Below are positions 28,647 to 44,647 of a stretch of 64,000 bases of DNA, one piece after another. Position 1 is the stretch's first letter. Every line of letters begins with the position of its first letter. The stretch comes from Octopus vulgaris (Eukaryota), in contig OX597838.1 of NCBI GenBank assembly GCA_951406725.2, positions 9,610,001 through 9,674,000 of the forward strand, in the 5' to 3' direction. Below the pieces are notes generated by a model. It saw only the letters and a program-made list of their open reading frames with translations. It searched no databases and was not told the origin of the DNA. A program made the translations under genes and the position numbers.

Positions 28647-30054
28647 GACAAGCCATCTTTCTCGCAGTCTAGCTCTAGGCCCTTGCCTGTAAAATGTCCT
28701 GTGATTTTCTTCCTCAGATATTCTTACTGTAGTTCTGGAAATGTGCGTTCTCAATGCCAAGGAGCAGTCGCTCGACGCGGAACGACTCCTTGATTTCCGA
28801 GTTACACAGCCTCTCGAGTAACATCACTCCAGGGAAGCTGCGAAGGAACCCCATTCAGTTGAACCAAAAACACCCTGATCTCCAAATCATGCATCCTTTC
28901 GTTTAAGGTTATTCTAAGAAACCATCGGAAGAAATCCCATTCAATTTGTAATTAATTTGGATTTCTCAGTTACGTCTCTTGACCAAAACGATGCATTGGC
29001 TCGAAACATGCGTCAGAGTCAGGCAAGGTTGCCTATTATCACCAGAATTTTTTAATATATCTTGAATAAATCATGACAAAGAGTCTAGAGATTTTATTCT
29101 GGTTACATGTAGAATTAGTTGTAATTTCTTGCTTATCTTACTACTCTAGGTCAGTATTCCAAAACGCTGTTCCCCGGAGCCCTATGATTCCGCAAGAGCT
29201 CTCTCGGGAGACATATATATATATACTAATGTTGGATTTAAGTCCACTTATAATAAAAAAAAAAGCAAGTCTACATTAATCTCAAGGCTTACTCCGTACT
29301 TTTTTAGTGTAACTTCGAAGTCACAGGCAATGACATTCTCATCAAAGAAGGACAAGCCATCTTTCTCGCAGTCTAGCTCTAGGCCCTTGCCTGTAAAATG
29401 TCCTGTGATTTTCTTCCTCAGATATTCTTACTGTAGTTCTGGAAATGTGCGTTCTCAATGCCAAGGAGCAGTCGCTCGACGCGGAACGACTCCTTGATTT
29501 CAGAGTTACACAGCCTCTCGAGTAACATCACTCCAGGGAAGCTGCGAAGGAACCCCATTCAGTTGAACCAAAAACACCCTGATCTCCAAATCATGCATCC
29601 TTTCGTTTAAGGTTATTCTAAGAAACCATCGGAAGAAATCCCATTCAATTTGTAATTAATTTGGATTTCTCAGTTACGTCTCTTGACCAAAACGATGCAT
29701 TGGCTCGAAACATGCGTCAGAGTCAGGCAAGGTTGCCTATTATCACCAGAATTTTTTAATATATCTTGAATAAATCATGACAAAGAGTCTAGAGATTTTA
29801 TTCTGGTTACATGTAGAATTAGTTGTAATTTCTTGCTTATCTTACTACTCTAGGTCAGTATTCCAAAACGCTGTTCCCCGGAGCCCTATGATTCCGCAAG
29901 AGCTCTCTCGGGAGACATATAAATATATACTAATGTTGGATCTAAGTCCACTTATAATAAAAAAAAAAGCAAGTCTACATTAATCTCAAGGCTTACTCCG
30001 TACTTTTTTAGTGTAACTTCGAAGTCACAGGCAATGACATTCTCATCAAAGAAG
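28647..30054 (+). repeat. 704-bp direct tandem duplication (28647-29350 / 29351-30054)
   Basis: Near-identical copies; duplicated ORFs at 29073 and 29777 are offset by 704. Confidence 0.93.
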
Positions 30055-30086
30055 AATAGTAATAAATATAGTATATAGATAGACAG

Positions 30087-30113
30087 ACATACATACATAC
30101 ATACATACATACA

Positions 30114-30147
<34 letters not shown>

Positions 30148-31812
30148 ATCCATCCATCCATACATACATACATACATACATACATACATAATTCAAACAT
30201 GCATACATACATGCATACAAACATACATACATACAAACATACATACATACATACATACATACATACACATACATACATACATACATACATACATACATAC
30301 ATACATACATACATACATACATACATACATACCATACATACATACATACATACATACATACATACATACATGCATACATACATACATACATACATACATA
30401 CATACATACATACATACATACATACATACATACATACATACATACATACATACATACATACATACATACATACATACATACATACATACATACATACATA
30501 CATACATACATACATACATACATACACACATACATACATACATACATACATACATACATACACACATACATACATACATACATACATACATACATACATA
30601 CATACATACATACATACATACATACATACATACATACATACATACATACATACATACATACATACATACATACATACATACATACATACATACATACATA
30701 CATACATACATACATACATACATACACACATACATACATACATACATACATACATACACACATACATACATACATACATACATACATACATACATACATA
30801 CATACATACATACATACATACACACATACATACATACATACATACATACATACATACATACATACACATACATACATACATACATACATACATACATACA
30901 TACATACATACATACATACATACATACATACATACATACATACATACATACATACATACATACATACATACATACATACATACATACATACATACATACA
31001 TACATACATACATACATACATACACACACACATACATACATACATACATACATACATACACACATACATACATACATACACACATACATACATACATACA
31101 TACATACATACACACATACATACATACATACATACATACATACATACATACATACATACACATACATACATACATACATACATACATACATACATACATA
31201 CATACATACATACATACATACATACATACATACATACATACATACATACATACACACACACATACATACATACATACATACATACATACATACATACATA
31301 CATACACACACACATACATACATACATACATACATACATACACACATACATACATACATACATACATACATACATACACACATACATACATACATACATA
31401 CATACACACATACATACATACATACATACATACATACATACATACACACATACATACATACATACATACATACATACATACATACATACACACATACATA
31501 CATACATACATACATACATACACACATACATACATACATACATACATACATACATACACACATACATACATACATACATACATACATACATACATACATA
31601 CATACATACATACATACATACATACATACATACATACATACACACATACATACATACACACATACATACATACATACATACATACATACATACATACATA
31701 CATACATACATACATACATACATACATACATACATACATACATACATACATACATACATACATACATACATACATACATACATACATACATACATACATA
31801 CATACATACACA
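30087..31812. repeat. (TACA)n microsatellite, about 1.7 kb
   Basis: Direct reading. Confidence 0.97.
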
Positions 31813-31910
31813 TTCATGTTTGATTCTGGCTAACTGATATCCTCCCAATACACACTCTATTTTGTTTTGTTATGTTTTGTGTTTTTTTTTTCTCTACGAT
31901 TTCTTGCCAG

Positions 31911-32072
31911 GACTCAATAACAAGACCTATGCGTTCCGAAACGAATATATCTATGAGGTGGCATCCTTTAACATCAAACGACGAAAAATTAGAGCCCTTT
32001 TCCGGAAAGCACCAGCCAACGTCTCTTCTGCGGTGTTCCATCCGGCCACGAAAGAATTGCTCATCTTCAAAG
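31911..32072 (+). CDS. MMP-A exon 8 (hemopexin blades 1-2)
   Basis: cag|GA...G|gttggt; GLNNKTYAFRNEYIYEV...PANVSSAVFHPATKELLIFKG. Confidence 0.92.
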
Positions 32073-32236
32073 GTTGGTTCACTCGCTTTTTATCTGCATT
32101 TTCTTTTAGTTTGCTTTTTACAGAGGTTCTTTTTCTTTTTGTCAACGTTTTAGTTTAACGATCAATTGAATGCCGTTAAAACGTCGGCAAGCACGCACAC
32201 ACAGAGAGACACATACAAACATACACACATACGCAC

Positions 32237-32982
<746 letters not shown>

Positions 32983-33259
32983 ACAAATTCACAATTATAT
33001 ATTTCCATAGCGTGAAACCTTGGCAACTGTCTTCTACAGCCTTGGGGCAAACTAATGCAGTCATGATAGAACTTCCTAACCATTATGCATGTTCTTCTAT
33101 AAGTTATGCTTCACATAAGTTGTTCCCTATAAAATGAGACCCGTGATATCTACTACGGAGCAACGCTTCGACCTTAGCTAGGATCTATAAAGGAGAATAA
33201 AGTTTAAGAAAATGTTAGCAATACCCCGCTTAAATACTCCGTTTCTGCTCTCATTTCAG

Positions 33260-33387
33260 GGAAACACATATGGAAGTACAATGGAAAGAAATTGAAAAAG
33301 GGATATCCTAAAAATATCACGGATCCACGTTATCGTGAACCGAGTGCGTCAGTTCTCTGGTACACTGGATTGATTCTTCAGTTCAAG
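33260..33387 (+). CDS. MMP-A exon 9 (hemopexin blades 2-3)
   Basis: cag|GG...AAG|gtaatg; KHIWKYNGKKLKKGYPKNITDPRYREPSASVLWYTGLILQFK. Confidence 0.93.
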
Positions 33388-33428
33388 GTAATGTAATGTT
33401 CTTTAAGCATCGAGGATTAAAGTATCAT

Positions 33429-34125
33429 ACCACCACCATCACCACCACTACCACCATCACCACCACTACCACATCACCACCACCATTATCCACCACCCCA
33501 CCACCAGCATTATCCACCACCCCACCACCACCATCACCACCACCACCACCATTATCCACCACCCCACCACCACCATCGCCACCATCATCACCACCACCAC
33601 CACCATTATCCACCCCCCCACCACCACCATTATCCACCACCCCACCACCACCATTATCCACCACCCCACCACCACCATCACCACCACCACCATCACCACC
33701 ACCACCATCACCACCACCATTATCCACCCACCCCCCACCACCACCACCATCACCACCATCACCACCACCACCACCATTATCCACCACCCCACCACCACCA
33801 TTATCCACCACCCCACCACCACCATCACCACCACCACCACCATTATCCACCACCCCACCACCACCATCACCACCACCATCACCACCACCAACACCATTAT
33901 CCACCACCCCACCACCACCATTATCCACCAACCCACCACCATCATCACCACCACCATTATCCACCACCATCACCACCACCACCACCATTATCCACCACCC
34001 CACCACCATCATCACCACCACCACCATCACCACCATCACCACTATTATCCACCACCCCACCACCACCATCACCACCACCATTATCCACCACCCCACCACC
34101 ACCACCATCACCACTTACCACCACT
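33429..34125. repeat. C-rich minisatellite (ccaccattatccaccaccc) filling MMP-A intron 9
   Basis: Direct reading. Confidence 0.92.
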
Positions 34126-34181
34126 AATACCATCAATATCGAATCTGGTTTTTTACCCCTGTCATTGCCGTTTTGTTACAG

Positions 34182-34333
34182 GACGATATGTTCTGGTTCT
34201 TGGATGAGAGAACCCTAACCCTAAGTGATGGCTACCCTAAGTTCAGTGGGGTCTACTGGCCCAATTTACCCCTTGATGTAGACGCCGCTGTCTGGTACAA
34301 ACAGAACAACATCTATTTCTTCAAAGATACAAA
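34182..34333 (+). CDS. MMP-A exon 10 (hemopexin blades 3-4)
   Basis: cag|GAC...AA|gtaagt; DDMFWFLDERTLTLSDGYPKFSGVYWPNLPLDVDAAVWYKQNNIYFFKDT. Confidence 0.95.
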
Positions 34334-34518
34334 GTAAGTACTATTTTCATTCAGGCATGGCCGCGTTCGCATCCCAACCCCATGTGGTTCCGAGTTTCGA
34401 GCCCACTGTATGGCACCTTGGGCATCCGTGCTCAACAACAGACCCCCGTGGGGACAAAAGCTTTGAAATGTGGAGTTGGTGGACGGAAATTGAAAAAGAA
34501 AGTCACCCATGTGACCAT

Positions 34519-34932
34519 AGGCGCAGGCGTGGCTGTGTGGTAAGTAGCTTGTTTACCAACCACATGGTTCTGGGTTCAGTCCCACTGCGTGGCACCTTGG
34601 GCAAGTGTCTTCTACTATAGCCTCGGGCCGACCAAAGCCTTGTGAGTGGATGATTTGGTAGACGGAAACTGAAAGAAGCCCGTCGTATATATGTATATAT
34701 ATATATGCATGTGTGTCTATGTTTGTGTGTCTGTGTTTGTCCCCCTAGCATTGCTTGACAGCCGATGCTGGTGTGTTTATGTCCCCGTAACTTAGCGGTT
34801 CGGCAAAAGAGGCCGATAGAATAAGTACTGGGCTTACAAAAGAATAAGTTCCGGGGTCGAGTTGCTCGATTAAAGGCGGTGCTCCAGCGTGGCCGCAGTC
34901 AAATGACTGAAGCAAGTAAAAGAGTAAAAGAG
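34519..34932 (+). mobile_element. tRNA-derived SINE, family S3 (most abundant)
   Basis: ggcgtggctgtgtggtaag...gggttcagtccc head, internal (TA/TG)n, gagtaaa tail; other copies near 452, 12220, 14815, 25740, 26748, 37040, 38835, 40285, 49655, 54321, 55706, 60985 and 62170. Confidence 0.8.
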
Positions 34933-35061
34933 AGTATGTGAACTGAACCCGGAACCGCGTGGTTGGGAAGCAAACGCCTAACCACACAGCCACCCTTGTA
35001 CTCATTATTCATTTATATATTGTCCAGTCCATCAAACTTCATTTTCTTCTTTTCTTTCCAG

Positions 35062-35170
35062 TTACTACAAGTTGGACATCGTTACACGGTCTATAGAGAA
35101 CGGTTACCCGCAAGAGATAGCACCCTATTGGTTGAACTGCCGCAATAAAAAGAGATCAAAGAAAGACTAA
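35062..35170 (+). CDS. MMP-A exon 11 (terminal; hemopexin closing Cys and basic tail)
   Basis: cag|T; YYKLDIVTRSIENGYPQEIAPYWLNCRNKKRSKKD* with TAA at 35168-35170; spliced CDS totals 1788 nt; candidate ATTAAA signal at 35276. Confidence 0.93.
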
Positions 35171-35687
35171 GCAGGGTTTTTTAATGAACACAAAATAACA
35201 GCAAACTAAAGGCACCAGTGACTTTATATATAATCCCACGAAATCGTTTACCATGACTGTTTCCCTTTTTAACACATTAAAGTTTTGTCTCTCTCTGTTC
35301 AGATTGAAATTTCAGCAATCGATTCTCAGACTTAATGTGCAGTGTGAGAGTTTGTGTGTGTGTGTGTGCTTGCATGTGTATGTGCGTATGTGTATACATA
35401 TATATATATATTCTGTAATGAGATAAAAAAAAACCAAGGCTGTGTAGATTTTAGAACATTTATAAATAGGTTTATTTTCTCTCTGTTTATTTCGTCGTCT
35501 TCCTTTCTGTTGAAGAGCGTAGGCTCGAAACATAAAAGACTTTCTCACCTTCCCGGGTGTTAAACTAATATACCTGTTTGTTGTTTATGCACCTGTCTTC
35601 GTCTTTTTTTTTTTTTTTTTTGTAAATTCCAACTATATATATATATGTGTGTAAGGCTATGAATTATTCATAGCTTAATAATCCTAT

Positions 35688-36033
35688 GTGTGAAGGCGCA
35701 TGGCTCAGTGGTTAGAGCGTCGGGCTTACGATCGTGAGGTTGTGAGCTCGAATCCCGGACCGGGCTACGTGTTGTGTTCTTGAGCAAATCACTTTATTTT
35801 TCACGTTGCTCCAGTTCACTCAGCTGTAGAAATGAGTTGCGACGTCACAGGTGCCAAGCTGTATCGACCTTTGTCTTTCCCTTGGATAACACTGGTGTCG
35901 TGGAGAGGGGAGGCTGGTATGCATGGGCGACTGCTGGTCTTCCATAAACAACCTTGCCCGGACTTGTGTCTAGGAGGGTAACTTTCTAGGTGCAATCCCA
36001 TGGTCATTCATGACCGAAGGGGGTCTTTACCCT
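35688..36033 (+). mobile_element. tRNA-derived SINE, family S2 (partial copy 46909-47135)
   Basis: tggctcagtggttagagc A box, gctcgaatccc B box; TSD ttaataatcctat. Confidence 0.83.
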
Positions 36034-36184
36034 TTAATAATCCTATACTGTAATTCGATGAATAATTTTTTAAACGTTAGGAAACTAACAATTATTTAGC
36101 TTTATTTGCAAAAAATGCCACCCCATCTTAAGAAATTGATCACCACTTTTGCCCTAAATCATGCAAAATTCTATCGGGTGTGCT

Positions 36185-36244
<60 letters not shown>

Positions 36245-36902
36245 AAATCCGTTCCGTCTGTCTGAGTGTCTTCTAGGATCTCAGGCATCCTCCATCCGAT
36301 TGCGCTCAAATTTGATATGTAGACACCGACGGTATCAGGGCGTGTATAAGTCTTGAAAAAATTACAAAAATCGATTCCTGGTAAGAATGCAATCGCTAAA
36401 GTTGTGGGAACGTGCATTTGTACGCGCAAGTACATCAGCTGTTGCGATTGATACTAAGCACGTGCAGTTTGCGCAAAAAAATTATCATGCTTTTCCATCT
36501 AGATTTACCTCCAGCTAACACGTTTGCATGCATCGTTTTTGTCCTGCTTTTCTTCCGTCAACCTGTATATAACTACACCTTCCATTTTTTATTATTTTTG
36601 TACTGCTTAAAGGCACGTTTCTTTCCTGCCAAGCTTACTGTTTAAACCATGTTTGTGTTCTTCCAGTCAACAGCCTTATCATTACTGGAATTTAAACTCT
36701 TCGGTTGCATATTTGTGTGAATAAAATCGTTATTCTTTGGAATAGAAAAAAGTCTATCTATATTCCTTCTTGTGCTGGTGTCACAAACTTAGGTTAAATC
36801 GGTGTTTCTCGAAGGGGAGGCCTATGGGACGGTCGGACAAGTCGTCTTGAGAAAATTTGGTTTAAATGTTTGACAACTCATCATACATACATACACACAC
36901 AC

Positions 36903-36991
<89 letters not shown>

Positions 36992-38120
36992 TACATATGT
37001 ATGTGTGTATTTATGTACACGTACACACATACATGTATACATCGGCTGTCAAGCGCTGCTGGGGGGACAAACACACAAACATACACACACACATACATAT
37101 ACATATATATACACATATACGACAGGCTTCTTCCAGTTTCCGTCTACCAAATCCACTCACAAGGCTTTGGTCGGCCTGAGGCTATAGCAGAAGACACTTG
37201 CCCAAGGTGCCACGCAGTGGGACTGAACTCGAGACCATGTGGTTGGTAAGTATGCTACTTACCACACAGCCACTCCTGTGCCTTATACTTTTTCTTTTAA
37301 AAGGTATGCGATGCGAGATAATATGACTACTATTTTCAGAAAATTGAGCGATCACGCAAAGGCTTTTTCATTAACTGGGGATGGATCATTGATTCGATAT
37401 TAGTCTTCTAGAATCTGAGTTCAAATTCCACTGAAGCTCACTTTTGCCTTCCGATCTTCCTAGGTCGATAAAACTAAAATACCAGTCAGAAACAGCGGTC
37501 TCTCTTACCAAATCTGAAACTCTGTATCTCTGGTGTGGCGGGGATCGATATTAATGTCTTCTAGAATGCTCTAAAAAGGTTTTTATAACAACAGAGTGAG
37601 AGAATATTGTTGATGGACATGCTGAAGAGAGTAAAAAATAAGATAAAAGACGCAAGCGCAAAAAGAATTTAAGTAAAAATATAAATTTATTTCAAAATAC
37701 ATAGCTAGATTCCCTGGTTTACTTGAGTTTCTGGTTGTACAAACTGAAAAATAAAATGACAGAAATATCACTTATTAAGTCATGAATCGGTGGCGATAAA
37801 TCATGTCTAAGCAAATAACTACCTCTGAACACGTATTATTGACGACGCTCAAACAAGCAGAAATACATCTGTCATTCTCACGAGCCACTACTGGGACGAT
37901 TTTTGTCTCATTACGAAATACATTGTGTCTTCAAACACATCACACTCATAAGAGATATCTCAGGATAAGATACTGCTGTAAATTTGTCTTTCAACGATGT
38001 ATTTACATTAAGTATGATACATAAACGGCAATTTTAATCAAGTACTGTTTCTGCTGCATATAACGGATTTTTATTCAGCCGAATGGCTATTTTGCAACAC
38101 CAGTGGATATTTATACACTA

Positions 38121-38517
38121 CTAGCAGTATCGCCCGGCGTTGCTCGGGTTTGTAAGGGAAATAACTATATAAGCATTTTTAGGGAGTTATAGCCAAAAAA
38201 TAGCAAAAAAATGCATTAAAAATGGGAAAAAAATGATAGTAATTTTTTTTTTAATCGTTGACTCATCGTAGACATTTTTAGAGAGTTACTTCCCTTATAT
38301 AATAGTGAGAAAAATGCATAAAAATGGAAAAAAATTATGGTAAATTTTTTTTACATCGTAGATTCATCGTAGACGCGCGTTAATACCTAGAAGGGCTCGA
38401 TATGAATCACGACTATAAAATACCCGGTTTTGGTTAAACTGCACCGCAAAATGTGGGAGTAGTTAGGAATCTAAATCGTAGGAGACAGACACACAACCTC
38501 TCTTTTATATATAAAGA
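38121..38517 (-). mobile_element. Helitron-like unit, family 2
   Basis: Reverse complement of the 16644 unit with TC and CTAG ends. Confidence 0.8.
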
Positions 38518-38751
38518 TTTCCTAAATTTCGGTAGCGACAAATTTCGTCTGAGTATTTTGTTGGCTGTGAGTATATGCTATTGACAACGCCCAACGGGGC
38601 AGAAGTACGTTTGGCGTTCTCACAGCCGCTGTTGAGGCGATTTTCGTCTCCCTTCGATGTATATCACGTCTGTAAACACAGTATATCCGGACAAATACCA
38701 CAGCAAATTTCCCTTTATTTACATTATGCATGATACACATATAGATAGATC

Positions 38752-38833
<82 letters not shown>

Positions 38834-38988
38834 CAATGAGCTTCTTTCAGTTTCCATCAACCAAATCCGATCACAAGGATCTGATCGGCCCGAAGCTGAA
38901 GTTGAAAACACTTGCTCAAGATGACATGCACTGGGACCGAACCAGGAACCACATGGTTGGGCAGACAACGCCCTACTACACAGTTACG

Positions 38989-39055
<67 letters not shown>

Positions 39056-39070
39056 TTAGATAGGATAGAT

Positions 39071-39172
<102 letters not shown>

Positions 39173-39212
39173 GTATATATGACAAAAGAGGAAAAGTATT
39201 GTACAGGCAGAC

Positions 39213-39336
<124 letters not shown>

Positions 39337-39613
39337 TTTTTAGCATCTCTTGTAGATATGCTAGATAGTATCTAGAATTACGTACCAAGAATATTCCGTG
39401 ATTTTAGCCGAAAAAGCAAAAGTTATGGCACCAGATCAACATAAGCCTTCAGACTTAACAGTGGCATCGCAAGGGACATAACCTAAAAAGAACAATGACG
39501 CCAAAGTTAGATACAGGTTTAAAGATACAGGTAAATCATAAAAAAAAATCATAAGGTAATTTAAGGTAATTTTTTGGCTCAAAAAGCAAAAGGAAGGTCA
39601 TGAGCTTGCGTGT

Positions 39614-39698
<85 letters not shown>

Positions 39699-39802
39699 TG
39701 TATGTGTGAGTGTGTATGTGTGTGTGTATGTGTGTGTGAGTGTGTGTGTGCGTATGTGTGTGTATGTGTGTATGTGTGTGTGTGTATGTGTTTGTGTGTG
39801 TG

Positions 39803-39873
<71 letters not shown>

Positions 39874-41123
39874 ATACCGGACAGTCTTCTGTGTAGTTTT
39901 GGCGATACCAAAGGTGAAAATAGTGCTGCATCGTGGTATCAAATTCGAATTAGCCAAACATACACACCACTCACACACACACACACACACACACAGAAAT
40001 GTACATATATATGTGTGTATGTTTATATGTGTCAATGTGTATATATAGGGGGTGTTTATGTATCACAAGACATTGGTCGAACCGGAACTACAGTAGAAGA
40101 CATTTGTCTTAAATATTTTGCAGTGGGATTGAACCCGAAACCACGTGGTTACAAAACGGCCTTGATAAGCCACACAGCCATGTCTGCGTCTATATATAGA
40201 AAATTTACGCGCCTTTGTCTTTTTTTAATTCGTCCATATTGTAATGAAGGACTATTCCTTTCTCTCTGTACAGCCCTACGCTTACTCTCTTTTACTCCTT
40301 TACTTGTTTCAGTCATTTGACTGCGGCCATGCTGGAGCACCGCCTTTAATCGAGCAACTCGACCCCGGCACTTAATTCTTTTGTAAGCCCAGTACTTATT
40401 CTATCGGTCTCTTTTGCCGAACCGCTAACTAACTGGGACATAAGCACACCAGCATCGGTTGTCAAGCAATGCTAGGGGGACAAACACAGACACACAAACA
40501 TACACGTACACACATATATATATATATATATACATATATACGACGGGCTTCTTTCAGTTTCCGTTTACCAAATTCACTCACAAGGCATTGGTCGGCCCGA
40601 GGCTATAGTAGAAGACACTTGCCCAAGGTGCCACGCAGTGGGACTGAACCCGGAACCATGTGGCTTGTTGAAGATGATTGGTTTTTTTTTTTTGTTTTTT
40701 TGTTTTTTTTTAGTGAGTACAAAGCTTATAAATCGTTACATTGAAGAACTTATATGCCATTTAATCTCACAACTGATACACTAAAGAACTAATTTCCATA
40801 TTTCTTGATCAAAACCTCGTCGTAATTTACTTCGATTTTATTCGCAGGATTCTTTGTGTGAACAGCAGCGAAAGAGTTTTGACAGCCAATATAAATGACT
40901 TTTTAACCAAATTAAAAAGCAATCGGTTGATTATTTGGATATTGAACCCAATTGATTAATAATAAAGGAGTGGAATTTAACCAGTGTGACGTATAATTTT
41001 TGCGGAAGGTGATGCTATACACGGCTTTCTCTAACTGGGGCGCTTGTGTTTCTGCCTCGTCATATATTGGGACGTTTATAGAGGAGAGAAAAACGCATAA
41101 ATGTATTTAAGCGTACTTGGATA

Positions 41124-42028
41124 TCTTTATATATAAAAATCAAGTTGTGTGTCTGTCTCCTACGATTTAGATTCCTAACTACTCCCACATTTTGCGGTGC
41201 AGTTTAACCAAAACCGGATATCTTATAGTCGTGATTAATATCGAGCCCGTCTGGGTATTAGCGCGCATCTACGATGAGTCTACGATTTTTAAAATGATTT
41301 AACATCATTTTTCATTCCATTTTAATGCATATTTTTTCGTGTGTCGATGGCGGCGGAGTTGGCGTCCATGGTCACACCTGCAACTGTGTTGCTTCTCCCC
41401 TTCTTCCCTCCCTCGTGAAGCTGTGGGGAAGGGAGTGTAAGGAAATCAACGTCGTAAAGCGTTGTCAAGGAGACCAGCGTTCTTTTAGAACAACGACTTC
41501 ATGGCTTGAAGACACCAAAACAGAAATGGCTAAGAAAGCCCAAATTGGCATCTATAAGGGAAGTAACTCTCTAAAAATGCTTATATAGTTATTTCCCTTA
41601 CAAACCCGAGCAACGCCGGGCGATACTGCTAGTTATATATAAAACTGTAGTTGTGTGAGTGTCTGTCCCCTTCGATTTAGATTCCTAACTACTCCCACAT
41701 TTTGCGGTGCAGTTTAATCAAAACCGGATATCTTATAGTCGTGATTCATATCGAGCCCTTCTGGGTATTAGCGCGCGTCTACGATGAGTCTACGATTTAA
41801 AAAAAAATTTACCATCATTTTTTCCCATTTTAATGCATTTTTTCGCTATTATATAAGGGAAGTAACTCTCTAAAAATGTCTACGATGAGTCAACGATTTT
41901 TTTAAAATTACCATCATTTTTTTTCCATTTTTAATGCATTTTTTGCTATTTTTTGGCTATAACTCTCTAAAAATGCTTATATAGTTATTTCCCCTACAAA
42001 CCCGAGCAACGCCGGGCGATACTGCTAG
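41124..42028 (+). mobile_element. Two tandem Helitron-like units, family 2
   Basis: A|TC ... hairpin-CTAG|T twice; first unit carries an extra internal segment of about 200 bp. Confidence 0.8.
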
Positions 42029-42127
42029 TATAAAATATAAGTGTATTCGTGTCTATATGTAAGTTACGTCATGACAGGGGCGATTGTACCAAGGAAACCA
42101 TAAAAGTAATCATGATATATTTTTTTT

Positions 42128-42252
42128 TTAAATTAATGAAAATAAAACAAAAATCCTTACGTGATAAGATGCAGCGCTTGTGTTAGAATGTAGGGAAGTG
42201 TCTTCAGTATATAATATAGTTGATGCTGTTGACTGAGTCGTTGTTGCTTCAC
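42128..42252 (-). CDS. MMP-B putative exon 7 (S/T-rich stalk, hydrophobic tail if terminal)
   Basis: tag|GT in phase 1; GEATTTQSTASTILYTEDTSLHSNTSAASYHVRIFVLFSLI*; a strong internal donor (CAC|gtaagg after 42161) makes the 3' end uncertain. Confidence 0.6.
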
Positions 42253-42265
42253 CTAGTAATTCATT

Positions 42266-42930
<665 letters not shown>

Positions 42931-43012
42931 CATTTATAGGCCACAAGGGCGAAGAAAGAGGGGTCAACAGAAATACAGACGTAAAACATGGGGGTTTGCA
43001 TACAATGATAGA

Positions 43013-43123
<111 letters not shown>

Positions 43124-43269
43124 GTTCCTTTATTGGCCACACAGGGCTGCACACAGATGGGACAAGTTACAAGGTAGAGCTTTTCTTTTGGGGGATGAAA
43201 AAAAAACAAGGGAAACCAAAAAAAAAGGTGGCGTAGGTTTTCGATCAAAAGGGATCGTAAAAGGGAAAA

Positions 43270-43341
<72 letters not shown>

Positions 43342-43489
43342 GTTTCTTTATTGGCCACACAGGGCTGCACACAGATGGGACAAGTTACAAGGTAGAGCTT
43401 TTCTTTTGGAGGATGAAAAAAAAAAAAAAACAAGGGAAACCAAAAAAAAAAGGTGGCGTAGGTTTTCGATCAAAAGGGATCGTAAAAGG

Positions 43490-43567
<78 letters not shown>

Positions 43568-43799
43568 CAGACAGATAGGGATGCTGAAAATTTCCTGGGT
43601 TTAAAGGTGGCGCGAAATTCCTGGATGGACGTCCAACCTTCTGAATTCTTTTACAAGGCTTAGAAAGACTGAAGGACCACTGCAATAAGTGTGTGAATCT
43701 GAGAGGACGGGGATATGTTGAATAAAATCATAATTAACTGATACTCCTGTATTTTCTTTTACCCAAAGCCAGGAACTGTTTAGCACCCTCTCGTATATA

Positions 43800-43863
<64 letters not shown>

Positions 43864-43919
43864 TCATTGGTAGTCGACAGTCTAACATCTCGAGCACGTA
43901 CCATTGATATACTTACTTA

Positions 43920-44285
43920 CTTGTGGCGACATTCATCCTGGGCGGGTTGAGTCGGCTTCTTCTACTCATGGAAGAAGTTTCGAGGGAATATGAGGATTTC
44001 ACAAGCGGTCCCCAACAATCCCGCATGTAGAGATAAATTGTTTGTCCGCAGATTGTCCGCAGACGCAGGGCCAGAACGACCGAAGAGCCGTCGGATGTCG
44101 AAACAGACACTCCGATGATTTTCACTAGAGCCCCGTCTGCCGGGTTGTGGCCCTAATACCACTCGGTGTCAGACCAATCCGCCTTGGGTGGCCCTACCAG
44201 GAACCGAAGTTCCCAACGGCATAGCTCTGACACTACCCGTTGCCAGCGTCACCACCACGGTGAGGAGGGGATGGACTTTGGGGAG
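43920..44285 (-). mobile_element. 5' region of an RTE-clade LINE (isolated fragment)
   Basis: gagctatgccg...ggtagggccacccaaggcgga resembles RTE/BovB 5' UTRs as I recall them; ends in MNVAT, like the start of an APE endonuclease. Confidence 0.5.
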
Positions 44286-44389
44286 CTGATATGTTACACA
44301 TTTACTGATTTCTAGAGTTGTACTTGTGGAACAGCTATCTACATGATCACTACCAATTCTACGTTTTGATACGATTTCCTTTGACTTAC

Positions 44390-44647
44390 CGTAAAGACTC
44401 CGAATACCGTAAATATCATCAGGATGCAAATTGAATTCCTTCACGAAACCTCTATAAAAAGGTGCCATAACAGATTTGCTGTTTGTAGAATGGGCCAATC
44501 CCAAAGCGTGTCCCAGCTCGTGGACAGCCACAAATTCTAGGTTAGTTCCTTCTGTGGTATTTGCAGTCCACGCTTCGTCATCATCAAAGTGCACGGACCC
44601 TTGGTAATTTCCGCTGTTCGGATAGAATGCGTGTCCGAGAACATTAC
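44390..44647 (-). CDS. MMP-B exon 6 (catalytic Zn motif and Met-turn)
   Basis: cag|GT...G|gtaagt; LGHAFYP..GSVHFDDDEAW..VAVHELGHALGLAHS..SVMAPFY..DDIYGIRSLY; 258 nt, same length as MMP-A exon 6. Confidence 0.97.

Noticed and set aside
29952-31848. 544-621 aa ORFs (MYVC/HTYI repeats) and similar ORFs at 4180-5125, 7277-8220, 15274-16520 and 32142-33064
   Set aside because: Translations of stop-free microsatellites in introns or intergenic DNA; no domain content
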